Source of the DNA: Minisyncoccia bacterium
GTDB lineage: Bacteria; Patescibacteriota; Minisyncoccia; Phycocordibacterales; SBAW01
Assembly: GCA_049997855.1 (NCBI GenBank)
Contig: JBEKSG010000004.1
Coordinates: 2,607-66,606, forward strand
DNA: 64,000 nt
Direction of reading: 5' to 3'
Positions within the stretch are counted from its first letter, which is position 1. Each line of letters begins with the position of its first letter. Position numbers and translations under genes: made by a program. Below are positions 1-9,067 of this stretch, piece after piece. The notes under the pieces were generated by a model. The model worked only from the letters and a program-made list of their open reading frames with translations. It had not been told where the DNA came from and made no database searches.

Positions 1-627
1 ATGGAGGTGCTCCTTGTTGCAATACACAACGACACTATCGCCAAGTTCCGCTCCATCGCGAGCGACGCGGCGCTCCAGACGGCATTTTTTGAGATTGAGG
101 TGTTTAGCGCGGTGCGCGCCAGCCTCGACCACGGCATCGCGCCGGTCGCGGTGGTGGACATGGGCGCCGCAACAACCAAGTTTTATGTGGTGGAGCGCGG
201 GTTGATACACGAGAGCCATATCATCAATCACGGCGCACAAGACTTAACGCTTGCCGCGTCGCGCGCGCTTGGGCTAACGGTGGTGCAGGCTGAGGAGCAC
301 AAGCGCAAGTTTGGGCTCAGTGACGCGCTCAAAGAATCGTTGGAGCTTTCGCTCACGCCGCTACTTAGTGAACTTTCGCGCACGGCAATCGCCTACGAGC
401 AGCGGATGAATCAAACCTTAAGCGCCATGGTGTTTACCGGCGGCGGCGCGACGCTTAAAGGCCTCAAAGAGTTTGCGCAGCCAAAAATCCAGACCGAGTT
501 GCGCCTCTCCGACCCGTTTGGCAAAACACAGGCACCCGCGTTTCTCGAAAAAATCCTTAAAGAAGCCGGCCCCGAGTTTAGCGTCGCGGTAGGCTTGGCG
601 CTGCGCCGTCTGCAGGAGCTTGGATAG
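1..627 (+). CDS. pilM: Type IV pilus assembly protein PilM (5'-truncated by window edge)
   Basis: Actin-like motifs VVDMGAATT and FTGGGATLKG, C-terminal SVAVGLALR; heads a T4P locus. Confidence 0.9.
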   Translation: MEVLLVAIHNDTIAKFRSIASDAALQTAFFEIEVFSAVRASLDHGIAPVAVVDMGAATTKFYVVERGLIHESHIINHGAQDLTLAASRALGLTVVQAEEHKRKFGLSDALKESLELSLTPLLSELSRTAIAYEQRMNQTLSAMVFTGGGATLKGLKEFAQPKIQTELRLSDPFGKTQAPAFLEKILKEAGPEFSVAVGLALRRLQELG

Positions 628-646
628 ATTGTGTTAAAATTTGAAC

Positions 647-1264
647 ATGAAACTGCTTAAAAAAGTTCCTCCAATTGAAGTTAAGCGGGCTTTTGTTATA
701 TCTGACTATGTGAGTCATCAAAAATATTCCCGCCAACAGATAGGTGTTATTTCTCAGGCTCAATATCAAAAGCGTGTTACAAAAGCAAAAGAAATAATCT
801 TGCAACTGCCCGAAACAATGCTCGACATGATTTTAGCGGGTGAGTATCGCAAACGTTTTACTGCTTATAACAATGCTGATTGGCACCTTGCGGTAGCCGA
901 CACAGACGAGCTTGGTGTGTGGAGAGGCGCAGGAGGTTTGCCAACGCAGTGGACACACGGGAACCTGGCGCAAACAGCCGAGCATGTGTCGGAGGCTTTA
1001 GATAAAAATCCCAAAAAACTCAAGCATCGCTCGTTTACTGCAATCCCCGGCATAATCAAAACATCTTTATCTGTCATACAAAAAGAAAAATATCTGCTGC
1101 CCATTGCATTTAAGGGCGGTACCGGCACTAAGGGTAGAAGAGGGCTAAAGATAAAAGTCGCGGGAGACCTCGATGACGGTTGTATGCGCTCGGTTGCTTT
1201 AGCGGTGAGTGGCAAGAAAAAGATAAAGCTCTATTTTGGCATTCCAAAGAAGAAGGGGAAGTAG
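647..1264 (+). CDS. Hypothetical basic protein inserted in pil locus
   Basis: 205-aa ORF with TGtTAAAAT -10 box 6 nt before ATG 647; more AT-rich than flanking pil genes. Confidence 0.7.
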   Translation: MKLLKKVPPIEVKRAFVISDYVSHQKYSRQQIGVISQAQYQKRVTKAKEIILQLPETMLDMILAGEYRKRFTAYNNADWHLAVADTDELGVWRGAGGLPTQWTHGNLAQTAEHVSEALDKNPKKLKHRSFTAIPGIIKTSLSVIQKEKYLLPIAFKGGTGTKGRRGLKIKVAGDLDDGCMRSVALAVSGKKKIKLYFGIPKKKGK

Positions 1265-1266
1265 TA

Positions 1267-1343
1267 CTGAGGTTAGTTAGACTAACCTCAGGGCACTATG
1301 ATATATCATAGTGCCCGACAAGCTGATAGACACGGCGTGTCTA
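1267..1343. repeat. Cluster of three adjacent inverted repeats
   Basis: CTGAGGTTAGT-tag-ACTAACCTCAG (1267-1291); perfect 26-bp palindrome GGGCACTATGATATATCATAGTGCCC (1291-1316); TAGACAC-ggc-GTGTCTA (1327-1343). Confidence 0.85.
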
Positions 1344-1348
1344 CCGGC

Positions 1349-1376
1349 TTGCATTGTGTACATATAGGTGTACAAT
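1349..1376 (+). promoter_or_regulatory. TA operon promoter with paired TGTACA operator palindromes
   Basis: TTGCAT(1349)-16 nt-TACAAT(1371); TGTACA at 1357 and 1369, 12 bp apart, as in the E. coli yefM-yoeB operator. Confidence 0.7.
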
Positions 1377-1382
1377 AGGAAT

Positions 1383-1661
1383 ATGACTACTTCCATGTTC
1401 CAAAAAGTGCACAAAAGCGTTGATGTAAGCGACTTTAGGGCTGCTATGGCTTCGCATTTGGCCAAGGCAAAACATACCCCGCTGGTTGTTTCGGCGCGCA
1501 GGGGAGGTGAATCCTTCGTCGTGCTCTCGGTAGAGGCGTACAACAAGCTCGTGGAAGCCTGGGAGGATGAAATGGATGCTAAGGAACTTGCCCGTCTTGT
1601 GCGCTTGAATAAAGGTAAAAAGCTTGTACCATGGGAGCGCATAAAGGCGCGCTATGTATAA
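1383..1661 (+). CDS. Phd/YefM family antitoxin
   Basis: VSDFRAAMASHL...PLVVSARRGGESFVVLSVEAYNKL pattern; overlaps downstream toxin. Confidence 0.8.
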   Translation: MTTSMFQKVHKSVDVSDFRAAMASHLAKAKHTPLVVSARRGGESFVVLSVEAYNKLVEAWEDEMDAKELARLVRLNKGKKLVPWERIKARYV

Positions 1662-1917
1662 TATATTTTTGACTTCTGCGGCAGTAAGAAATTTAGATAA
1701 AATTCCGCGAGACGAACAAAAGAAAATTGCTCGTGTACTTGAGACAAAATTTAAGCCCGACCCTTTTTCGCATACTCTAGATATTAAGAAATTAGAAAAG
1801 CCGGAAATTGGCTATAGGCTCAGAGTAGGTGACTACAGAGTTTCTTATACTATCGACACCGGAAAAAGAATTGTAACGATTTATAGAATCAAGCACCGTA
1901 AAGATGCATACCGATAG
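1654..1917 (+). CDS. relE: RelE/ParE family toxin
   Basis: 87 aa; YRLRVGDYRVSY and IKHRKDAYR are typical RelE motifs. Confidence 0.88.
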   Translation: MYNIFLTSAAVRNLDKIPRDEQKKIARVLETKFKPDPFSHTLDIKKLEKPEIGYRLRVGDYRVSYTIDTGKRIVTIYRIKHRKDAYR

Positions 1918-1965
1918 TGTGCATAGCCCTACGCTTGCTTATATTTGTACGATATACTAGAAGCA

Positions 1966-2661
1966 ATGGATCCTCAGGTTCAGTCGTCATTTATACCCAA
2001 AAAGTCGCTCGACATTTCCACTTCGCGGAGTGAGGGCTCTTTTGGACTCCTGTTTCTCATCGCACTGCTGGTGTTTATTGCCTCGCTGGTCGCCGCGGGC
2101 GCCTCGTTTCTTTATACGGGATATTTAAACAATGCCATCGCATCTAAAGCTCAGTCGCTCGCGCTTGCCGAGGGAGCATTTGACCCGGGCACCATACAAG
2201 ACCTCGTGCGTCTCGACAGCAGGCTCAACCAATCAAAAACGCTTCTCGCCAACCACGTTGCCGTATCGGGCGTCTTTGCTCTGCTTGAGGCACAAACGCT
2301 CGCCAATGTGTCGTTTAGCAATTTTGAATTTGACCTCAACTCCGACGGCACCGCAAAAATAACCATGACCGGTACCGCGAACAGCTTTTCGACCGTGGCA
2401 CTGCAATCCGACCAGTTTGGCGGCAGTAAGTTGCTCAAAGATGTTGTCTTTTCAGGCATCACGGTCAATACCAACGGGAGCGTAGGATTTTCGGTAACGG
2501 CGACTGTCGACCCGTCGGTATTCTCATATGCCAACTCGCTTACCGCAAGCAACAGCACAAACGCACCGTCGCTCATGGTCGGCCTGCCTGCGCAGGCAGG
2601 CACGTCGTCTGTGCCTGTCGGTAGCACCACACCTGGCCTGCCTGCGCAGGCAGGACAATAA
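1966..2661 (+). CDS. pilN: PilN-like pilus assembly protein
   Basis: SFIPKK N-terminus, single TM helix, ITMTGTANSFSTVALQ; position between pilM and pilO. Confidence 0.7.
   Translation: MDPQVQSSFIPKKSLDISTSRSEGSFGLLFLIALLVFIASLVAAGASFLYTGYLNNAIASKAQSLALAEGAFDPGTIQDLVRLDSRLNQSKTLLANHVAVSGVFALLEAQTLANVSFSNFEFDLNSDGTAKITMTGTANSFSTVALQSDQFGGSKLLKDVVFSGITVNTNGSVGFSVTATVDPSVFSYANSLTASNSTNAPSLMVGLPAQAGTSSVPVGSTTPGLPAQAGQ
2582..2601. repeat. Intragenic palindrome, family A
   Basis: Perfect GCCTGCCTGCGCAGGCAGGC; reads LPAQAG in the pilN tail. Confidence 0.9.
2637..2654. repeat. Intragenic palindrome, family A
   Basis: CCTGCCTGCGCAGGCAGG; second LPAQAG at the pilN C-terminus. Confidence 0.9.
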
Positions 2662-2662
2662 T

Positions 2663-3214
2663 ATGAGACTCTTCATGCCAACCATACTCGTCATTGCCGC
2701 CGTCGGCCTCTTTGTCGTGTACACCAACCCGACCTACCAAGCCACTCATACGCTCCAGGCGCAGGCAAGCGCGTACGACGACGCGCTCACCAAATCGCAA
2801 CAGCTTCGCGCCATCCGCGACCAGCTCTTGAGCAAGCGCAACACCTTTTCGGCCGACGATGTGCAAAAATTGCAAGAGGTGCTCCCCGACAATGTCGATA
2901 ACATCCGCTTTATCATCGACGTTAACAATATTGCCGCGCGGCACAATATCTCGCTCAGCGACGTACAACTCGGCACCATCGGCGGCACGGCACAAACAGA
3001 CCAAAGTGTAGCCGCCGCGTCGAGCGGGGGCGCCGTTGGCTCGGTTGATATTGGATTTACGATAAACGCCTCATACAGCGATATGCTCGCCTTTCTTGGG
3101 GACCTCGAACACAGCGTGCGTCTCATCGACGTCGAGAAGCTTAGTTTTACCGCACCCTCAAGCGGCACCACCACCAACTACACTTTCGTTGTCCGCACGT
3201 ATTGGCTCCATTAA
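2663..3214 (+). CDS. pilO: Type IV pilus biogenesis protein PilO
   Basis: TM helix, coiled coil, LQEVLPD...ASYSDMLAFLGDLEHSVRLIDV. Confidence 0.8.
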   Translation: MRLFMPTILVIAAVGLFVVYTNPTYQATHTLQAQASAYDDALTKSQQLRAIRDQLLSKRNTFSADDVQKLQEVLPDNVDNIRFIIDVNNIAARHNISLSDVQLGTIGGTAQTDQSVAAASSGGAVGSVDIGFTINASYSDMLAFLGDLEHSVRLIDVEKLSFTAPSSGTTTNYTFVVRTYWLH

Positions 3215-3226
3215 CATGCTACCCAT

Positions 3227-3589
3227 ATGAATTTTTTGAAACAAAATAAAATAACCATAGGAGGGATCATCGCAGTTTTGCTCCTGGGATATATTTATAT
3301 TGTTTATTTTTCCGGCTCTTCCACGCCGGCGCTTACGTCGACCGACACCGACACCGCGCTCTCGCAAAACTTGCTCGTGACGCTTCAAAATCTGCAGACG
3401 ATCAAACTCGACAACAGCATCTTTTCGGACCCGGCGTTTATCTCGCTTACCGACTTTGGCGTAACCATCCCGCCGCAGGCGGTAGGCAACCCCGATCCGT
3501 TTTTGCCGCCGAGTGGCGCAGTTTCGGCAGGCAAAGCGGGGAACTCCAACATGCTCCCTGCGATACAATTACCAACTGGCGGGAATTAA
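3227..3589 (+). CDS. PilP-like small membrane-anchored pilus protein
   Basis: N-terminal TM helix, GNPDPF motif, follows pilO. Confidence 0.55.
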   Translation: MNFLKQNKITIGGIIAVLLLGYIYIVYFSGSSTPALTSTDTDTALSQNLLVTLQNLQTIKLDNSIFSDPAFISLTDFGVTIPPQAVGNPDPFLPPSGAVSAGKAGNSNMLPAIQLPTGGN

Positions 3590-3595
3590 CGTGAT

Positions 3596-5470
3596 ATGAA
3601 TCTGCTTCAATTGCTCAGCGACAGCGGCGTTGTCGATGCAAAGGCTGTGCCGGAGATAGAGGTCGAGCTTCTAAAGCCGGGCGCCGACTTGGAGACGGTG
3701 CTCCAAAAAAACGGCGTCACGCTCGCGCAGATACTCAAAGCAAAAGGCGACTACTACAGCATTCCCACGCGCGAACTAAGTGGCAAAGCGGTTTCGTTTG
3801 ACACCTTGCGCTTCGTGCCCGAGGAGAGCGCGCGGCACTATCGTTTTGCGCCGCTTGGCGTTGTCGATGGCGCGCTCGAGGTGGGCGTCACCGATCCCGA
3901 CAACATGGAAGCGCGCGACGCGCTCACGTTTATATCGGCGAAGGTGGGCATGCCGTACAAAATATTTTTGATTACCGAAACCGATTTTGCAAAACTACTT
4001 TTGCAATATAAAGGCCTCTCCGGTGAAGTGGGCAAAGCGCTCGGCGAGTTTGAGACCGGCGAGGTGGTGGAGAAAAAGGGAGAGAAAGGGAGCCCGCGCC
4101 TGGTGGGCCTGGAAGAAAACGAAGTGACCGAGACCGAGACCTCGGCTATCACCGAGGACGCGCCGGTCACCAAAATTGTGGCGACCATTTTGCGCCATGC
4201 AAGCGAGCAGCGCGCATCCGATATCCACATCGAGCCTCTGGTAGACCAAACGCGCGTGCGTTTTCGCATCGACGGCGTGTTGATTACCAACATCACCTTG
4301 CCCACCAAGGTGCACAACGCCGTGGTGGCGCGCATCAAGGTGCTCTCCAACATGCGCCTCGACGAAAAACGCAAACCGCAAGACGGGCGCTTTAGCGCGC
4401 GTGTGGGCGGCAACAAAGTCGACTTCCGCGTCTCAACCTTCCCAACCTATTACGGCGAGAAGGTGGTGATGCGTATTTTAGGTAGCGCCACAATCGAACT
4501 CAAGCTCAACTCTTTCGGCCTCTCCGCGCGTAACCTCGAGATGATACGCGCCGCGATAAAAAAACCATACGGTCTCGTGCTCATCTCTGGTCCTACCGGA
4601 AGCGGAAAATCAACAACGCTCTACTCGATACTCAACGAGGTTGACAGGGAAAAGCAAAACGTACTTTCGCTCGAAGACCCGGTCGAGTACACCATCCCCG
4701 GCGTTGCGCAAAGCCAGGTGCGGCCCGAAATCGGCTACACCTTTGCCAACGGCTTGCGCACCACGCTCCGCCAAGATCCCAACATCATCATGGTGGGCGA
4801 GATTCGCGACGCCGAAACCGCCAACTTGGCGGTGCAGGCGGCGCTCACCGGCCACCTTGTGCTTTCCACCATCCACACCAACAACGCGATAGGCATCGTG
4901 CCGCGCCTTCTCGACATGGGCGTCGAGCCGTACCTGATACCGCCCGTGCTCATACTTGGCATGGCACAACGCCTCGTGCGCACATTATGCGAGGGCGGCG
5001 GCAAAAAAATGAAGATAGATGAGAGCATGGCGGCCATGTTTAAGGACCAATTTGCCGATTTGCCGCCTGAGTATCAAAAAGAGGTGCCGCCGCTCGACGA
5101 AGTGTATCTTAAGGATCCTTCACCCGATTGTCCGGCAGGCACGCGCGGCCGCATTGCCGTGTTTGAGATGTTCGACATGAACCTCGAGCTCGAGCACGCG
5201 ATACTCGCCGGCAAGCCGGAGGATGATATGTTTGCCGTTGTGCGCAAACACGGCATGCTCACGATGAAAGAGGATGCTATCATTAAAGCGGCAAAGGGCG
5301 TCATACCGTTTGAAGAGGTCAACACGCTCGGCGGTCAGTTTGAGTTGCCCGAAGAAGACGAGGCCGACTACGGCGCGGCAAAGCCGGAAGTGCTCGGCGA
5401 GGATGTTAAAGAAGAGGACACCAAAGAGGAGGTCATCGCCAAAACCAGCGCCAAAGAGATACAAGCATAA
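3596..5470 (+). CDS. pilB: Type IV pilus extension ATPase PilB (GspE/PulE family)
   Basis: ASDIHIEP, PQDGRF, GPTGSGKST, LRQDPNIIMVGEIRD, TGHLVLSTIHTN. Confidence 0.95.
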   Translation: MNLLQLLSDSGVVDAKAVPEIEVELLKPGADLETVLQKNGVTLAQILKAKGDYYSIPTRELSGKAVSFDTLRFVPEESARHYRFAPLGVVDGALEVGVTDPDNMEARDALTFISAKVGMPYKIFLITETDFAKLLLQYKGLSGEVGKALGEFETGEVVEKKGEKGSPRLVGLEENEVTETETSAITEDAPVTKIVATILRHASEQRASDIHIEPLVDQTRVRFRIDGVLITNITLPTKVHNAVVARIKVLSNMRLDEKRKPQDGRFSARVGGNKVDFRVSTFPTYYGEKVVMRILGSATIELKLNSFGLSARNLEMIRAAIKKPYGLVLISGPTGSGKSTTLYSILNEVDREKQNVLSLEDPVEYTIPGVAQSQVRPEIGYTFANGLRTTLRQDPNIIMVGEIRDAETANLAVQAALTGHLVLSTIHTNNAIGIVPRLLDMGVEPYLIPPVLILGMAQRLVRTLCEGGGKKMKIDESMAAMFKDQFADLPPEYQKEVPPLDEVYLKDPSPDCPAGTRGRIAVFEMFDMNLELEHAILAGKPEDDMFAVVRKHGMLTMKEDAIIKAAKGVIPFEEVNTLGGQFELPEEDEADYGAAKPEVLGEDVKEEDTKEEVIAKTSAKEIQA

Positions 5471-5476
5471 GTCACT

Positions 5477-6541
5477 ATGCCAAATTACAAACAAAAATTG
5501 CAACAACTTATCGAGGCGCTCATTGCCCAGGGCGGCTCCGATTTGCACCTTTCCTCCGGCATACAGCCGATGATGCGCGTCTCTGGCGTCCTCACCCCAA
5601 TGTTAAGTGAGCCGCTTTTAACGAGCGCCGACATGCTCGGGCTTATCACCGAGCTTCTGCCCCCGGAGCGCAAAGACCTTTTCCTTAAAACGCAAGAGGC
5701 CGACTTTTCATTTGCCTACGGCGAAAAGGTGCGCTTTCGCGGCAACGCCTACTTTGAGCGCGGCTCGATAGGCGTGGCGTTGCGCCTCATACCGCGTACA
5801 ATCCGCACTGTCGCCGAGCTTAATTTGCCCGCCGTGCTCGAAACGTTTGCCGAACGGCAACAGGGATTTTTTTTGGTGGTGGGACCGGTGGGGCAGGGCA
5901 AAACCACGACGCTTGCCGCGCTAATAGAAAAGATCAACCAAGATCGCAGTGAGCACATCATCACTATCGAAGACCCAATCGAGTATTTGTTTGAAAATAA
6001 AAAGTCACTGGTGGAGCAGCGCGAGGTGCACGTTGATACCGCCGATTTCCCGCAGGCACTGCAGTCGGTATTCCGCCAGGATGTCGACGTGCTCATGATA
6101 GGCGAGATGCGTACGCCGGAAACCATCGCGACCGCCGTGACCGCCTCCGAAACGGGGCACCTCGTCTTTTCGACCCTCCACACCAACAACGCCGCGCAAA
6201 CAGTCGACCGCATTATCGACTCCTTCCCGCCTAACCAGCAAGAACAAATCCGCATTCAGCTTGCAGGATCTTTGGCGGGCATATTTAGTCAGCGCTTATT
6301 GCCGCGCATTGCGGGCGGCCTTATCCCGGCCTACGAGCTCCTGCTCAACAACAGCGCCATTGCAAACCTCATCCGCGAAAAACGCACGTACGAGATACAA
6401 ACCATCATCGAAACCGGCGTTGCTGACGGCATGATAGACATGAACCGCTGCCTTGCCGACCTGGTGCGTCAGGGTGAGATAACCATCGAAAGCGCGTACG
6501 CCAGAAGCTGGAATCCCAAGAGCCTCGAGCGCTTGATGTAA
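5477..6541 (+). CDS. pilT: Type IV pilus retraction ATPase PilT
   Basis: GSDLHL, GPVGQGKTTT, IEDPIEY, ETGHLVFSTLHTN, AIANLIRE. Confidence 0.95.
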   Translation: MPNYKQKLQQLIEALIAQGGSDLHLSSGIQPMMRVSGVLTPMLSEPLLTSADMLGLITELLPPERKDLFLKTQEADFSFAYGEKVRFRGNAYFERGSIGVALRLIPRTIRTVAELNLPAVLETFAERQQGFFLVVGPVGQGKTTTLAALIEKINQDRSEHIITIEDPIEYLFENKKSLVEQREVHVDTADFPQALQSVFRQDVDVLMIGEMRTPETIATAVTASETGHLVFSTLHTNNAAQTVDRIIDSFPPNQQEQIRIQLAGSLAGIFSQRLLPRIAGGLIPAYELLLNNSAIANLIREKRTYEIQTIIETGVADGMIDMNRCLADLVRQGEITIESAYARSWNPKSLERLM

Positions 6542-6557
6542 CATACAGATATCTCCT

Positions 6558-7775
6558 ATGGAATTTACGTACGAAGGACTCGATAGCCAGGGCAAGCCGC
6601 AAGGCGGCATCGTTAATGCCGCATCGCAAGACGCGGCCATACAGAGTATCCAACGCAATGGCATTACCATTACTGCGCTTAGAGCAAGCGGACAAAAAGG
6701 CGGCCTCGTAAGCTCACTCCAGCACATCACACTGTTTGGCCGTGTGCGAAGCCGCGACCTTGTGCTTCTCTCGCGCCAAATCGCGACACTCTTTGAGGCA
6801 CAAGTGTCTGCCTTGCGCGTCTTTCGTCTGCTTGCCGAGCAGGCCGAGAAGCCGGTCCTTCGCCAAGCCTTAACCGAAATCAGCGACGATCTCCAGGGAG
6901 GCACCAGCATATCCAAAGCGCTCGACAAGCACCCAAAAATCTTTTCCGACTTTTATGTCAACATGGTGCGCGCAGGCGAGGAGTCGGGCAAGCTCGACCA
7001 AACATTCCTTTTTTTGGCCGACTACATCGACCGCAATTACGCCCTCACCTCTAAGGCGCGCAACGCGCTGGTATATCCGGGCTTTATTTTCGTCACTTTT
7101 ATCGGCGTGATGATTCTCATGCTCACGGTCATTATTCCCAACATAGGCTCTATTTTGACCGACTCCGGCGGCACCCTGCCGCTTGAAACGCAAATCGTGC
7201 TCGGGCTCTCCTCCTTTTTGGTTGATTACGGCATATTTTTGCTCATAGCACTCATTATTGGAGGCTATTTTGTCATGCAATACTTTAAAACCCCCAAAGG
7301 CAAACTCACGCTCGGGCAGCTCAAACTCTCGGTTCCGTACATCGGCGACCTGTACAAAAAGCTGTATCTCACGCGCATTGCCGACAACATGCATATTATG
7401 CTCTCCTCGGGCATATCGGCGGTGCGCTCGCTTGAGATAACCGCCGCGGTGGTGGACAACGAGATTTACGAAAAAATCCTTACCGAAGCGGTCGAGGGGG
7501 TCAAGGCAGGCAGTTCGATGTCGCAGACTTTTGCCAAATATCCCAAGGAAATCCCGGCTATTTTGGTGCAAATGCTCCAAATTGGCGAGGAAACGGGCGA
7601 GATGGGCAGTGTATTGGAGCGCCTCGCCAAGTTTTACGAACGGGAGGTCAATAGCGCGGTAGATACGCTAGTGTCCCTTATCGAGCCGGCGCTTATCATC
7701 GCGCTCGCGGTTGGCGTGGGCTTTTTGCTTGCTTCCGTGCTCCTGCCTATCTACAACACCACCGCAAATATGTAA
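6558..7775 (+). CDS. pilC: Type IV pilus platform protein PilC (GspF family)
   Basis: RQIATL, AGEESGKLD, IGEETGEM, SLIEPALI; three TM helices. Confidence 0.95.
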   Translation: MEFTYEGLDSQGKPQGGIVNAASQDAAIQSIQRNGITITALRASGQKGGLVSSLQHITLFGRVRSRDLVLLSRQIATLFEAQVSALRVFRLLAEQAEKPVLRQALTEISDDLQGGTSISKALDKHPKIFSDFYVNMVRAGEESGKLDQTFLFLADYIDRNYALTSKARNALVYPGFIFVTFIGVMILMLTVIIPNIGSILTDSGGTLPLETQIVLGLSSFLVDYGIFLLIALIIGGYFVMQYFKTPKGKLTLGQLKLSVPYIGDLYKKLYLTRIADNMHIMLSSGISAVRSLEITAAVVDNEIYEKILTEAVEGVKAGSSMSQTFAKYPKEIPAILVQMLQIGEETGEMGSVLERLAKFYEREVNSAVDTLVSLIEPALIIALAVGVGFLLASVLLPIYNTTANM

Positions 7776-7908
7776 TATAGGTTCTATTCCCTTATTTTTA
7801 CTATCCACACAGCCTCCTCTTGCATAGTACAAAAGACCAGTATACTTGAGGGGCAGGAGACTAAAGTCGTTTTATTTATTAATCAGTTAGTAACCTACAG
7901 ATTAGATT

Positions 7909-8418
7909 ATGTATAAAAAAGGTTTTACCCTCATCGAGCTCTTGGTTGTTATCGCCATCATCGGCATTCTCGCGTCCATTGTGCTCGTCTCTCTTAACAG
8001 CGCCCGCTCCAAAGGTCGCGATGCACAGCGCGTCGCCAACCTCCAGGAGATGGCAAAAGGTATTGCGTTGAACGATAGTGGCGCAAATGTTACCTTTGCT
8101 TCCCCTTGTAACGCCAAAAACGCAAACGTTACAGGGTGTGCCGGTCTTACCGGAGGAGGTACTCTTACCGGGATCACGTTTTCACAGTATACGGATCCTT
8201 CGGGCACCGCTGTGTGTACAAACGCTTCTACAGCGGTATGCCAGTACTCTATTGCGACTGATGCAGGTGCGGCGGGTGCAGGGACCGAGAACTACGAGAT
8301 TTGCTCTTGGCTTGAAAATGGCAACGCTTCGTTTGCAAACCCCAACGGTTCCACAAATACTGGACTGGTCAGTGTTACCGACGCCACCTCGGGTGGCGTA
8401 ATCGCAGGTTGCAAATAG
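7909..8418 (+). CDS. Type IV pilin (probable major pilin)
   Basis: KKG|[16 protein letters not shown]; own upstream region and downstream hairpin. Confidence 0.92.
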   Translation: MYKKGFTLIELLVVIAIIGILASIVLVSLNSARSKGRDAQRVANLQEMAKGIALNDSGANVTFASPCNAKNANVTGCAGLTGGGTLTGITFSQYTDPSGTAVCTNASTAVCQYSIATDAGAAGAGTENYEICSWLENGNASFANPNGSTNTGLVSVTDATSGGVIAGCK

Positions 8419-8445
8419 TCTCTACTCCTTAGTTTTGGTTTTGAG

Positions 8446-8472
8446 AAATCCCCAACTCGAGGTTGGGGATTT
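8446..8472 (+). terminator. Hairpin/terminator after first pilin
   Basis: AAATCCCCAAC-tcgag-GTTGGGGATTT. Confidence 0.7.
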
Positions 8473-8494
8473 TCTTAGGGGGTATACTAGATAC

Positions 8495-9061
8495 ATGAAA
8501 TTTATTAAGGCAGGGAAGAAAGGCTTTACGCTCATCGAGCTCTTAACCGTTATTGCTATTATCGGCATACTCGCCTCAATTATTATGGTGTCGCTCAAAT
8601 CTGCCCAATCAAAAGGGCGCGACGCAAAGCGCGTTGCCGACATCCGCACCATCCAGCTTGCGCTCGAGGAGTACTACAATGACAACGGTGCCTACCCTAC
8701 CTCAATTTCTAATAGCGCTCTTGCAAACTACCTCCCCTCGGTACCTACCGACCCATCCACTAATGTTTCTTATTTTTACACCGTATACGACCTTACTTCG
8801 GCAGGAAGTTCAAACTGCACAACTCATCCGATAGTCAAATATCATCTAGCGGCAGCAATGGAAAGCACTGCTTCTACTAATTCAGCTCTGAATCAAGATG
8901 CTGATTGGAACGGCGATCCAGGCGCCGCCACATACACCAAATGCAGTACAGGCGGTAGCGGTCCAAGCGGTGGCGCGGTCTTTGACGGTCTCACGTCCAA
9001 CTGTGTGGGCACCACTGAAGTTTCTGCTTCAGCCGACGGCTGTTACGACGAAACCAACTGA
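8495..9061 (+). CDS. Type IV pilin / GspG-like
   Basis: KKG|FTLIELL; RDAKRVADIRTIQLALEEYYNDNGAYP; PTDP. Confidence 0.92.
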   Translation: MKFIKAGKKGFTLIELLTVIAIIGILASIIMVSLKSAQSKGRDAKRVADIRTIQLALEEYYNDNGAYPTSISNSALANYLPSVPTDPSTNVSYFYTVYDLTSAGSSNCTTHPIVKYHLAAAMESTASTNSALNQDADWNGDPGAATYTKCSTGGSGPSGGAVFDGLTSNCVGTTEVSASADGCYDETN

Positions 9062-9067
9062 TTTAGC

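Noticed and set aside
7801-7810. DnaA-box-like CTATCCACA (and GTGGATAA near 54112) as replication origin
   Set aside because: Isolated single boxes; no cluster and no dnaA/dnaN nearby.
7909-9061. Pilin antigenic-variation cassette or shufflon
   Set aside because: Both pilins are complete genes with their own starts; similarity is limited to the normal N-terminal helix; no invertase or silent cassettes are adjacent.
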